A stretch of 63,155 nucleotides of DNA, counting the filler, from Sluysia triapertura (lineage: Eukaryota), in assembly GCA_046118255.1 (NCBI GenBank). It is 5 parts of 5 records of this genome, joined end to end, with 100 filler letters (N's around TTAATTAATTAA, not from the genome) between each part and the next. Parts side by side here need not be neighbours in the genome. Positions count along the whole stretch, not along the records: positions 25,098 to 38,059 come from JBJNIA010068732.1; positions 38,160 to 51,038 come from JBJNIA010075829.1; 3 more parts are not named here. One strand, 5' to 3'. Made by a program: the position numbers and the translations under genes. Positions 27,377 to 40,972 of the stretch are shown piece by piece; positions within the stretch are counted from its first letter, which is position 1; every line of letters starts with the position of its first letter. The notes beneath the pieces were generated by a model. The model saw nothing but the letters and a program-made list of their open reading frames with translations, was not told the DNA's origin and searched no databases.

Positions 27377-27434
27377 CACCTTCGCTGTCAACTGTGTTAT
27401 TTCGTAGGTAGAAGTTCGCTCGGCAACGAACGTG
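27377..27434. mobile_element. 58-bp piggyBac-type miniature element
   Basis: TTAA|CACCTTCGCTGTC...GGCAACGAACGTG|CTAA; termini match 10/13 as inverted repeats. Confidence 0.5.
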
Positions 27435-30199
27435 CTAAGTTTAATTACTCAGTATTTTCGTGCATAAATTTGTAGGATTTTTAAAAAAATTAACGAATAC
27501 AAACTTTATTGAAATTATTGGCAACAATATCTTTTGATGTTCTATTCATGAGTAATTCTCTATATAAAGATAATTCTAATGTCGCTAGGAACTGCAGCAA
27601 ATTAACGACACATAGCTGAACATAAATATTCTTGAATATAAATATAAAATTCAATAATTTAATTAAATAAAATCAAAATAAAATTTAAACAAATTTTTAA
27701 AATTTTATAAATTCAATACCTTATAAGTTAAAGTTTAAAAATATTATTAAGTTAAAGAGATAATTTAGAGTTGTTGAGTAATGAAGATAAGGAATGTAAT
27801 GAAGTTATGTAATGGTGTTTGGAGTACATTATGATATTTGTTTAAGATGTATTTTTGTGTGTGTGTGATGTTATAAATGGCTGAACCACCACAATAGGTT
27901 TCTTAATTCACTCATGAAGATACTTTTATTTTGAACTTAATATTAGTTATACTTACGTAAAGCTACTTTTACCACGTAATCTCAATCAAGTAAGTATTGT
28001 TTCATCACTTCTTAAAAATGCCAATAATTGTTTAAATTTTACTGTATAATAAATTTTCTATAATCTATTTTTCTCTATAGTTAGTCCATAATTAAATATA
28101 TACATGTAATCTTATTCTATATATTTTTCTAATTAAGTAGCAAACTTCTTCCAAAAAGTAGTTTATTTCATTTTATATTATAAATACTGCTATGTAATTC
28201 ATTTACATCCGCTTTGTTAGATATATTAATTTTAAAATATAAATGTTAGCTCTTGTTCTTCATTTTACTTTAAAAACATTACATATTTTTCCATTATTTT
28301 AATTTTCTTTTCGTCTTTTGAAATATTTCTTTCCAATTTCTAGATTTTTAAGTTTTTCTTGCGAGGATTAGAGTTCTTTGCATACTTTATTTAAATTAAG
28401 AGATTTTGCTTTTTTGTATTATTTATTATAGCAATGTTTTTACGAAAACTATTATTAAGCTGTTCATTAACTTTTACGTTTAATTTATATCTTACTTTAC
28501 TAACAGAAATGCAAATGGAAAAGTACCAGGCACAACTAGCGGTTGAAAACCACAGGTGCTAGGAACCTTTTCTATTAATTGTATAAGAATTTTTTAGTTA
28601 TTTCATTTGATTTGTAAAAAGCGTACATATCCAAATTTTAAAACTTAATCATAATTTATAATTTAAGTGACAATAATAATAATTTTGAACCTCATCGTTT
28701 TGTGTCTTAATATTACTTTTATACACCGAATTTGTGTAATTGATTATTTCCATAGATTCAGATAAAAAATAATATTCACTCTCCTTTATCAAGTATTGAT
28801 TTAAATTTGTCATTTCTACTGCACCATATATTATTGTAGTTGTGTAGAATAATTTCTAAATTAAATTTATTACAATAAAATCTAAATAATTTTAATTTTA
28901 TTTATTACTAAATTATTATCAAGAAAATAACCAATTTTAAAAATGATTTGATCACTGAATTTTCTGCAATTAAAATGATTTGATTCAAATGCTCCAAAAT
29001 GAAGTTAACGTTATCTGGTGATTGATGAATAATCTTGAAAGTTATTTGGAACTCAAATAAATTAAGACAATAACTTATGTTTCTGAAGTAATTCTCGTTA
29101 GCTGCTAAATTTAATTATACGAGTTTACAATAAGAAGATGGTTATGTATTTCTAATAATTGAATGTAAGTTTATATATTGTCATACAAATTTATACAAAA
29201 ATCCATGAATTTTCAAGTTTGGAAAAAAATGTAAATTAGTATTATAATTTATTTTAAATACTTTCAATAATTCATATTTCATAAAAATAGTGAAAACGTA
29301 TTATAAAATTCGACAACTAATTCATAATAAAATCGCAGATTTTCAAACAAACTTACCCAAAAATCAATCTACTTCTTCATCTAATTCTGCACAATAATTA
29401 ATAACATTTTCTTGAAATTTTAAGCACACACATCAAGCATCTTCCACAAAATTTTTACAAATTAAAATTAAATCTAATTAAAAGTAATTAAATAATTACA
29501 TTTTACAATTTAGAATCTTTCTTGTTTTAAGATTGGTTTGTCACATTTCAAAAAATTTAAATTGTGAAACAAAGATTTTTAAATGTGGAAGTTAAACTGT
29601 ATCAAATTATTGGAGTACATATAAATTTGATGTTGAAAAATTCATTAATGTAAAACCTGTTAAAGTTTTATTGTGATAATGAAACTAGTAATCCTAGAAG
29701 CAAAAAAGAAATTTCGTAATTGTGATTATTATGACAAAATTACAATAAAGGGTAATAATTTGAAATTTCAATCTTTGAATTTGTTCTATTTAACTGATAT
29801 TGATATTTTAACGTATTAATATTGAAATAGTATTTATTACATTTATTTGGTGGAAGTTTATTGAAATAAAAATCATTCATTTTTTAAAGCAAAGTTATCA
29901 AAGTAAAAACTACTAATATTGACTACTAATGTACATTTATTGAAGTTTCTTTTAAGATTCAAGGTAACTTTAGGAAAAATTGAATAACAAAAGTAATATA
30001 AAAAATTTATTCAAACTATGCTTTAAACGAATTATAATTAAAAAGCTGAATGTCACTAGTTTATTACACATAAAATGTTGAGACATCACTGAACATATTG
30101 TAGGCAAGACTTTAAAGCAAGAATAGAAATCAACTAAAAAGAAATGAGAATAAAAATTAAAATACCGTACTTGAAACAAACAAAATAACTCTTCGTTTA

Positions 30200-30660
30200 T
30201 GGAATTGAACCACGATGAATTGATGATGAATCAAATCGTTTCAAACTAAGAATTAAACATCCACTGTGTTGGTTATATCAATTTGATATGAGCAGATTAT
30301 ATTTATAAAAATCGACATAATATATTGGATAACATTCATATTTTGTTAATGAATGCATTGTTACATAAACATCATGATTTAAAGGTTGTTGAAAAGCGGG
30401 TGATAAAATCGTATTATCAATTACAACAATAATATTCTTATTAAAACTTTTACTAATTTTAACATGTTTTGTTACGTAAGCTACACGATTTAAATCTAAT
30501 TGACAAATTTGCCATAAAAATGTATTATCAGTTACAACAATTATATTCTTATCGAGACATTTATTAGTTTTAACGTCTTTTACAATATCAATTGTTTTTA
30601 TCGTTAGATCAGTGGTTGAAGTTAAGCATTTCTTTAATAATGCATTTCTTTCAGCGCCAT
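30200..30660 (-). pseudogene. Cystathionine gamma-lyase/gamma-synthase family (Cys/Met metabolism PLP enzyme) gene fragment with a 111-bp tandem duplication
   Basis: Frame TSTTDLTIKTIDI...NIIVVTDNTFL...NIIVVIDNTILSPAFQQPLNHDVYVTMHSLTKY matches the family motifs ETPxNPxLxxxDI, VVDNTFxSPxxQxPL and HSxTKY (PLP lysine). The GHSD motif is lost; RFDSSSIHRG follows in another frame. Confidence 0.8.
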
Positions 30661-31874
30661 TTGTAATTTGTATACGAATTTTCTTTATACAGATCGGTTT
30701 GGACTACGAACAAATTTCTGATCGAAGGATTTTTATGTTCCATGAAAGGGTAACTTATTTTATTGTTAAGATGATTTTGATTTTATAAGTCAAGATCCTA
30801 AAATGCATTAAAAATCAATTTTTAGCTTTAATATAATAAGGACCCCGATATTGAGGGAAAATTTTCTACTCAAATTTTAAAAGTAATTAGATCGATTATC
30901 CTAATAGGATTTAGATCATAAAATAATAATTACGTTTTATTTTGTTGTTTTTTATTCTATTATACGCATACGTTTAGTTTAATTCAAAAGTTAATTGAGT
31001 TTTTCTTTATTGTGCTATTTAAAATTATGACCATCGTAACAAAGTTTATTAGGAATGTGTTAGACGTAATATTTTAAGTGATTATAGTAAAATTCTCAAC
31101 TTATTAGTTGCAGAAACGCCAACTGCTACTTGTAAGACGTTTACTGTAAACGGACTCTGCTCAATTTTTATTTTACCGTAGGTTTTATTAAGAAAACCAC
31201 ATAACTGTTTAATTTTAAATAAGACTCTTTATAAATGTGTAATAATTTTAGCTAAATTTTTAAATAAAAAGATAAGTTTTATTTCAATCAAACTTAATTG
31301 TATAATTATTCACAACCCTATTCTCAATTTTAATAGTAACATACTAAAAAAGACTAATAAATACAACTAAGATAATTAAAATTTATTTCTTAAGATAATT
31401 CTTAATCAATTTTCATCAATGATTTTAAATAGATTTTGTAATTAGATTAAGCAGGTTCAAATAAAAAATTACGTTGAATAAAAAATTTATCCCTTACTTA
31501 AGTAAGGTAAAAACTTACGAATCGTAGAAAAATTCTCGATAAGTATATTGAAAATATATCTTGGTCAAATCACTTGAACTACTGGATTTTAAATGAAAAT
31601 TATATTTTTTAAGTTATTTCTAATAGAATATTTACTGTTTGGTTGTCCAACTCATTCCATCTGATTTTATTACAAAGTCAGTCTATAACAAAACTTAACC
31701 CGCAAAAGAAATAAGAAAATTATCAATTTAAATCACATAATTCTTAAGCATTTTGCATCTTTTCTCACGTCCAATATCTTAAAATCTTTTAATGTTTTTT
31801 AAATACAGTAACAATGATAATGAAATTTCCAAACCTTTTATTTTTGAACAAATTGTAACTGATAATTCTTTTTT

Positions 31875-32620
31875 ATGGATATTAAAAGGATACCAATATC
31901 ATCAATTATCAGCTTAACTGACTTTCTGAACAAATCTGTACATAGGCGCCAAAATCATGACGATGAAAGAAATGCTAGTTCAACTAATGTAAACAATCCG
32001 AAATTATTAGAACAAAGTAAAACTCGTCAACATTCAGTTAATGTTGAAAGGAAACATAATTCTAAATATGATCACCATTCCTATATAAGTATTCATCGAA
32101 AATTAATTCTAATAAAGAACGTGAATGTAAAACTAAACCACATCAAGATGAAGTATTGAAATCACATGGTAAAATTTATAAATAAGTATTTCATGAGATT
32201 ATTGAAATTATTGCATTATAATTTGGATTTAAATGAATCACAGTGACATTATCACATCCGAAAAAAGTGTTAGTAAACGTTCGTATTATATTTTGACATT
32301 TACAGATGTCGTTTATAATGCTATAAAAGATGTTCTACATTTTTGGTTCCACATTGAATTACGAAATAATAATGTTTCGGTGACATGAGGTAGCTTCAAC
32401 GTAAAATTGCTGGTCAACAATGTGTTAAAATGACTTTATTTAAATTTATTTAAATCTTGTATTAATGAGTTAAAAATAGGCTGTTTGTAAAAGTCAAAAA
32501 ACGGAAGAACTGTCCATTCACAAGTTTTAAAATATTTGGCAGTATTTATTAATGTGCTCTTCTGTGAAAAATATCAAAAATGAAATCGAAAATATAAACA
32601 ATCAGCTGCAGAAATTTCGA
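31875..32620 (+). pseudogene. Probable heavily decayed member of the single-CCCH family
   Basis: SLTDFLNK..NHDDERNASS resembles TLNELLCR..NFNDDEKPSS of ORF 51255. KYD motif present. Frameshifted finger LNLFKSCINELKI/VCK/KNCPF/VHSQVLKYL (32458-32540), then NIKNEIENINNQL. Confidence 0.5.
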
Positions 32621-35600
32621 AAGATCAAAACGAAAAATACATGGGTTCGATGCAGAAATAGCAGAAGATAATATAACAAGTATAAACAAAGTCTGATTCT
32701 CACAAGGCTAATCAAAATTTACTTTACAATGCATAAATTGTGTACCAGAACTTAGTTTTAGCTCAAATTATGAAAGAATATTAGAAAAATAAAAATTTTC
32801 ATGTTCGGATTATAATATACCAATTAATCCATTTAAAGTCAAGAGTCATATTTATATAAAAGTTAAATCAATTTGCAATTTAAAGTCTACCATTTTTTTA
32901 AAAGGATATATGAATACATGTTAATAATTTGTATACAGAAAATCACTTGTATACAGAAACAAAATATTCATTAACAGAACTAATATTAAAAATAAAATCC
33001 AAAAATATAAAAACAAGTTTCAGTATCATTATCTTTTATCAAGAGCAATTTTATAAAGTTATTCTGATTCATTGGAGAAAAATTCTATGTTAAATTCTAT
33101 CAAAATTATGCCATCTTTGTCTTTTCATAAAATATATGATAATGTGGTATTTAATAATTCCATGACATCGCTCTATCCAAATTAAATATTATTCCAAACA
33201 CTATCAAAACAATAAAATTTATAACAAAAACTTTATCCACAATAAATTAGTGTCAGGAGTTGGATTAATATTTTGTAATATATTTTATTATTACAAACGC
33301 GGCGTAATGTTTGTACGCGGCCATATTTGTTTGAGTTTGGTTAAAGCTGATGTAGACATAAGGTTTTTATCTTAGAGTGTAAAAATAAAATAAGTATTAT
33401 TGAGGAACTAAGATAAAACATTTGGACGAATTGTGTTAATGGAATAAGTGTACATAATTTTTAAATCAAAATAAAATAAAGATAAGAAAGAGCCCTTTAT
33501 TAAAATTTAAAAGTACATTTATTAATTAATCTAATTAAAATTGTTTAATTTAATAATTTGGTCAAAAAGTGTCTGCGCATGATAAAATAACATTTGAATT
33601 ATTGTGTAATACGAATTTTATTACTATTCCTAATCTTTAAATATTACGAAACACGTCGACGCAAAAATTAGTCATTTTAATTAATTTTTATAATCTAAAA
33701 TTAAATTTATACATAAGTATAATTACAGTATGTATTAAAAAGATGCTCACGAAGGTACCAATTCATACATTTTATTAAACTCGACGAGCGATATACGGTT
33801 GACGCATGATGTATTGCATAAAAATCTTCCTATAGAAAAGAAATTTGGTATTTGATTAGTTTTGTTTATTTTAAGTTGACATATTATGTTAATAACAAAA
33901 TATTAGTGTTGATACTAAATTTTGATTGAGCTATGTTGAAAAGATAAGGCAATTGTTCATTACAAATCCCATTGCCTTTGGGTAGTTGCAGGAAATAATT
34001 TAGTCATTAAAATTGGTCCGCTTACGACCGACTAAAAGAAATGAATAATTATATAAAGTAATTATTCCAATTTTCTAATTTTTAATCTCTTGAGCAATTA
34101 CGAAACCACTACATAAACGATCGCATTTTTGTAAAAAAATTAGAACAAGAGATAAACATTAAAAGATAAACATTTGCGATAAACTTTGTGATTGATGATT
34201 TATATTTAGTTATTGACTAAACTTTTCAAGCAATATTTTTATTGTTACGGTTAGTGATTTGCGGTTTTGTTATTTTATTAATGTTATTTTTATTGAATAA
34301 TTATATATAGTGATTAATAATTTTGAATTTACACATTATTTTTAAATAATATTTGATAATTTGTTATTTCTATAATATTTAAAATATATTTTTGGAATAT
34401 ATTTTGTTAAAATATATTTTAGGCAAAATTGGATATTATTATGCGAATATATGTAAATATTATTTTTTATATAAATCAATGTAAATATTAAAAGCTAAAT
34501 TTAAAATTAAACAAGATTTTATTGAAATAAAATATTTGATTTAATTTTATAAAAAATATTTAATATTCAAAATCAAAAATTCGACATTATGTGTTAAATG
34601 AATCAATTTAATAAAAGCAGTAAAAATTTTAGATATAAAACATTCGTTTAATCAACACAATGTTGATTAAATTTGTTTAAATTTCTGCAGTTATCCGGAT
34701 AGCAGATATCATCCAAATTATGTCCATGCATAGGTAAAGTTTTTTTGAATAAGTTTGTTAATTCTAATCATAATTGACAAGGTATTTAAAATCTTACTCA
34801 ACTTTTAAATTTTTTATCCTAGACCGTAACAGGCTAGGTTAATTTTTAACCAAAATAAAAATTGTGTATCTAAGACTTAATCTTAAGGTACTAAAATTTT
34901 ATTCATATTTTTTATTACTTGTATTTTCTGCAATTTGGTTGTTCAGCAAATTTTGATAATATACTTTAGTGAATTTAAGTTGTGAGTTAATTGATAGAAT
35001 TAATTAATATATCTACAGATATATCAGGCCGTAACTGGCTGATTTAACATTTAAAATTCTGAGACATTGTCATACTGTAACAGGCCGACTTCATTTGTGA
35101 TTTAATTCATTTATATAATTCATTATGCATAATTTAGTGATTTCATTTGCTGTTGAGAAAGTTCATATAATTTAACTATTTTATTGTATCCAGTTGTTTT
35201 GAATTTGTACGAACTCTTTCAAGTACCTCAAAAGTTCCTTTAGATTCTTCATAAGAGAACTTTGTTACTACGTAAAATTAAAATCCTAATGGGAACTTCG
35301 TCCAGATTTAAATCGTGTCTAATTAGGCGAACTAACCACGAAGCATAAGTTAAGTCAAAACACTTGCAATATCGAGATTACGTATAAATTTAATCATTGA
35401 TTAACGATGAATATTTTGAACATAAGTATGTTTCCTGTTTGTTATGTGGTTCAATGTTTTAGTGTTTCTTTTGCTTTAGGTTTACTAAATTTTTATGAAA
35501 ATTGACGAATTTTAACATAAAATATTGTGATTGTTTTATAATTAAATACTTAAAATTATAATTAAAATATTTAATAATGATAATGAAATTATAATAAAAG

Positions 35601-36358
35601 AATTGTGCGAATAAATAGTGGATAAATCTGACTCCCATTAATTTTAGTGAAAGTGACGCGTTTATACAGTTATAAAATAGCGTGACACCAATTTATTGTA
35701 GATAATGGTCTTGCTATAGATTTTATGGTTTTCTATTTGATTATGGAATTATATTTGATTTATGTCAAATATTAATGGACCGACTGAATGTCATGGAATT
35801 ATTCAAGTCCAACTCTTGCATTAGAGACGAGTTAAAATTACTATAGATTGTTTATATTAAGGTTTTAAATTCATTAAACAAACTATTAAGAAAGTTTGAA
35901 AGTAAGAGTTATTAACCTTTAGTAAAGAATAAATTTAAAGGCAATAAGTTTAATTTAAACTTAGAGTAAACTTAGAAGTGGTTTTGCATTTTTTTGTAAT
36001 AGAACTTAATCCATACACGTTTAATTATTACAATTATACAATTATTAATAAAATAATAATAGAATAATAATAATGAAATTAAAAATAAGTTTAAATATGC
36101 GTATTTACGCACATTTACGATATGTAAAGTGTGTAAATGCGCATTCAAAAAATTAAAGTACACATTAAGTCACGAATAATGAAGAATTACCATTATAAAA
36201 AGATTTTAGCAATTTGATTTAGTAAGGCGCACATATTTTAACGTAAGATACTTAGTACAAATTGAATAGACATTTTTCTATATAAGGAAGTTACAGCAAA
36301 ATTTGAAGCGATTATAATTACTAATTGGTTTCTGTCCACAACGATTCATATCATTTAA

Positions 36359-37991
36359 CCAGTTAACTGTGGCGCTCTGTTTTAAATTTGCGATTCTCTG
36401 TGTATCGCGAAAATCGATCGCTGACAATTAAAGTCGTCAAACACAGAGTAAGTGTCGCTGTTAAATATTACATCAAAAATATAGGTTTATTTTATAAAAT
36501 TGCCAATTTTATTATTAATATTTATTTATTAATTTAATATACATTACATAATTAACGAAAACGGAATAATACATATAAAGTTAAAATTTTAAATTCCTGT
36601 TGTGGAGTGGTATTCATCGAAACATGGTATTACACACATTGGGACTCTGCAAATAAAACAGGCGTACGCGATTCCTTCCTGGTTTCGAAGTTCCAGGTAT
36701 ATAATCCGGAAAATGATTCCCAACTAATTAGTTACATGATGTGTGTGTTGCTGAATTGTTTGTGTCGATTTTTTCGTTGCATTGGATGCAACGCAACAGT
36801 ATCTTCAATAAATTCCATCAAAAAGTTGATTCGACATAATGATCCATTATTTTTTTATAATATAAATACATTCAAAGAAATAATATCTAACAAATGAAGA
36901 AATATTTTGTATAGTACTTCGAGTCTTTTTATTGCTGAGGAATATACTATGATAATATCATGGCTCAAATACACCCCATTTTTATTGTAGTCAATCACTA
37001 CTTCTGGTTTTCTCCATTTCCATCATGTTACGAGATAAAACTTTCATTTTCAGAATTTTTTTTAAACCTAACAATGTATGCGTTTTTATTACATCTAAAG
37101 GAATGCCAGTCCTACTTTTGCAAATACTTTCTACCTCGTCATCTTGTGCTCGCACAATTTTTCTATCAATGGAATGCTAGTAAAGCCTATATCTAAAAGA
37201 TCGCTACATAAGTGAAGCACAATACGTGCAGAAATTTGAAATTCTAAATAACACTGGTCATAATCAGTATCTTTATCAGTATATAAGCAAAAATGCAATA
37301 CGTATACTGATTGACAAAAAGTTTTATACTGCACCGACTTATTTTTGATTGGATATATTTTCCAAGATAATCGTCCTTTTCATATTAGCAGTGACTCATC
37401 TATACAAATATAAAGTTGCGGATAAGAAGAACTTTTATCCTAATCTTCTGTCTTTTTGTTGTCTCAGAATCATTGTATTCTATATACTGGGATCGGTTTG
37501 AATGCTTCTTCGGTAATGTTTTCAGAAGGCGCTGTAGAAATTACTCATTTTGAGAGTAAAAAGAACTAAAAATAAAAAAATAGTAATTTACAAATTTTTC
37601 TGGACAATTTTATGCACTTGAAATTCTTACGTTGCACAGTATTCACTTGATAAAAACCACTGACAATTTATAAGATATCCACTGATACACACTTTTTGGT
37701 TCACACTGTGCTCACTTGATAAGAACTGCTGACGCAAACAACCGGTGATATAAACAAATTCGTCATACGCATGAATTTATCTCAAAATTTTCATATTTTT
37801 AATTTTTTTTTGTTTCGTTCCAGCCTGGCCTCTAAACAACTTGAAATTTGAGAATATATTTCGTTTTTCACAAAAATTACAATTTAAATAGCCAATTGTC
37901 ACTATTTTTACGCATTACGAGTGTATTCCTCATGACACAAAATCCTGGCACTTCTCTTTCATGAGTATATTCATCATACTCAGTTAAGTAG
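36359..37991 (-). mobile_element. Internally deleted piggyBac (PGBD4-like) element with both ends and TTAA TSDs
   Basis: TTAA|CCAGTTAACTG...CAGTTAAGTAG|TTAA. Minus-strand remnants ICIDESLLI*KGRLSWK/YIQSKISRCSIKLF and a frameshifted Cys-rich C-terminus GNHFPDYIP/TRKES/YACFICRVPMCVIPCFDEYH. Confidence 0.92.
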
Positions 37992-38059
37992 TTAATAAAT
38001 TCAACAATTTACAATTAAATCGATTGAAGAGTTCAATACTACTTTCTCTGATTTATCAT

Positions 38060-38159
38060 NNNNNNNNNNNNNNNNNNNNNNNNNNNNNNNNNNNNNNNNN
38101 NNNTTAATTAATTAANNNNNNNNNNNNNNNNNNNNNNNNNNNNNNNNNNNNNNNNNNNN
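38060..38159. other. Artificial contig-joining spacer
   Basis: 44 N + TTAATTAATTAA + 44 N. Confidence 0.97.
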
Positions 38160-40972
38160 TATATATTCACATTCATATTATTATCATTGTTACAATCCTA
38201 TTAAAATTGTAAAAAACACTGTAAAATAACAGTATGTAAAAATATACAATATTATAAAATATTGCAATGTTTTAAATAAAGCATTTTATAAAACAATAAA
38301 AATATTTATCTTATGATATGAGATCATTAAAATGTCCATCATGAAACTTATGAAACATTTAAAAAACTCAAAAACATCTTATGAACGTCTGAACAAATGT
38401 GAAGGAAGACTGTAATATATCACATTTAATTGGCTTGTGAATAATATAAAAGATTAAACGTAGGCACCAGAAAACATTAAAAAATGCACTGAAAATGAAT
38501 ACTAGCAGACACAAAGGTGAATATAATTATAGTACATAATACATAGCATATAGCGAGAATATATCGCCAAAACAGCACTAACTAACATATAAGCAGCAAC
38601 TGTCTGTGTAGCTGTAGTATAAGATATTAAAGAATTAAATTGATCAGAGTAAAATATTATAAAGGGAAAATTAAGAATTTACTGTATATAAAAATTGAAA
38701 AAATAATATAAAAGCCTAAAAATTTTAGTATATTTTAAAAGTGCATTGATGAAAATGAGTCCAGTATATTAATAACAAAATTGGGTGCGAAAAATTTTCA
38801 ATCATTGAATAATTACGCGTAATTTCCTTTAAAATTTTATTCACATATTTGTATAAATTGTGGTATCATTGTATTATAACATAACTTCATTAGTTAGGAT
38901 CAGAAACAAGTTAAAGGAATTCACTTCAAAGATAGAAAGACACTAACTACAAATCGATTAATTGAAAAAAAATAATTTGAATTCAACAAATTAATAAAAA
39001 TTAAAACTAAACGGTAAAAGTATTTTGAGTCAAAACTTACTGTTTAGTATTAAATGAAGTATTTAATAAAGTCTATAAGATAATTTGACAGAATTTATGT
39101 AGGTTTAAAATAAATGGTAATTCGAGTTATATAACGAAAATTATTACTTTTATGTAATAAGCGATTTGGTATTCCGATAAAATTCAACAGTACATGAAAT
39201 TCAAAAAGTTCATAATGAATCGTGTCCACATAGATCAACAATTTGTGCTTGATAAATGCATTTAAGAGTTGTCAGTCAAGTGTATCGAATAGATGAAAAA
39301 TCAGTTATAACCTCAATTACAAATTAAAAATAATAAGGTAAAAGAAATAGGTGTCACATAAAAATTAAAAAAATCAAAAATCATTCAGTTTCGTGAATAA
39401 TATTCTTAAAAAATCTAGTTCCATACAATGTTTGTGCTACGTTCTGCAAATCTGTATGAATTTATTCTGTAATTTAAATGTGAAAGAAAATTGCAGCAAC
39501 TTTTATAGATGATGAATTTTCATTATATTTATACAGAAAATCCAAGGTTATGTAAGAAATGAACGTTGCGTGAAGCACTTTAATGCCAAGATTAATCCAT
39601 GATAAAGTTATATTTTGGAATTGCGTTGGGTTCAGTAGAAAATGAAATATTACTCAGTTATGCTATTAACTGAAAGTAGGAAATGCACAATGTATGCAGG
39701 TATTACAACATTTTGGTAACCCATTAAGTTCCTAAATAATCTTGTGTCCGATACCAAGCTTAATGCAGCCCTAAAGATCAAAAACGTTGTTGCAAAAAAT
39801 AATATTTGTAACAGAATTAAATGTTCAAAATTTAAGAAAATCGTCTAGTTGTATTTAACTTAAAGATTCTTTTACATAGTTGAATAAAATGTTAGTAGGC
39901 AAAGATATGTTCATAAAAGAATCCCAAGATGCTTAAATGAAAATATAACTCGAAAATAAAACCCATTGCAATAAATCACTTAGAATTTTATGTTGATATC
40001 GATTAAAATAAAAATGAAAAATTTAATCAAAATTCAGTACATTTAAGTATTATTGTGTATTTTTGAATACTAAAATCTCCAAAGATTTAAAATTACTTTT
40101 TTGTATGTTATACAAAATATATAAAAAAATTGTAATTATTATCACATTATATATGACTCAATTAATATTGTTTACTAGAGATACATACATAAAACACGAT
40201 AAAATCGCGGTATTTAATTAATATTCTTTCATTTTATAATACTGATACCTGAATCAGTATTAATAATTGATATTCAAAATGGCAAATTTTGTCATTTAGT
40301 GGTCTCTCAAGGAAGCTCTAACATTAACAAATCAATAATTTAATATCATAAAATTGAATTGAGTCAATTAAAATCGTGAAGTTATTTTCAAAATATTATA
40401 GTGAATGATATATGTTACGCGCTTTTGAATACTTAATTTGCACTAAATATGAGCGCAATATAAAAAATATATTATTATTATTATTATGTCATCAAAAATG
40501 AAGCATTTATTCATACCGAATACTAGTCTTAAACTTTGTAGTTTTTTTAGTTTCGCAGATATCTTTGGTGTCTTTAATGTAATTTTAGTAAATAAAATAG
40601 CAGCCAACAAAACCATAGCTTATTGTGTGTGAACATAAGTGTAAATGATACCTTTTATCAAATAAATAATTTTATTGACCAAGCTTTAGCTTAAAGGCAA
40701 GAATTATGTATGTTTATAAAAGTTGTATTGAAGACTCAATAATGAAAATGTTGAAGGTTTGATCCACTCTTTACTGTAACTAGTTTTTTAAGTATTATAT
40801 ATTTGCTTGTTGAAAATTCCAAAAGTGAGCTTCGAATTTTTTAACATTATTTTGAAATTACCTGTCATTTGTGTACAACTTTTAATTTTTGCGGACATCA
40901 CAAATAATTTTTATGGTTTCCAATTAAAGTGCATATTATATGCAAATGAGAATGTTATTTCACAAAAACCAT

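Noticed and set aside
28519-28572. Imperfect GC-richer hairpin as pre-miRNA or MITE
   Set aside because: Short mismatched arms, no TSD and a single copy in the window.
39400-39800. Coding-like stretch
   Set aside because: Stops in the frames examined and no motif I can assign.
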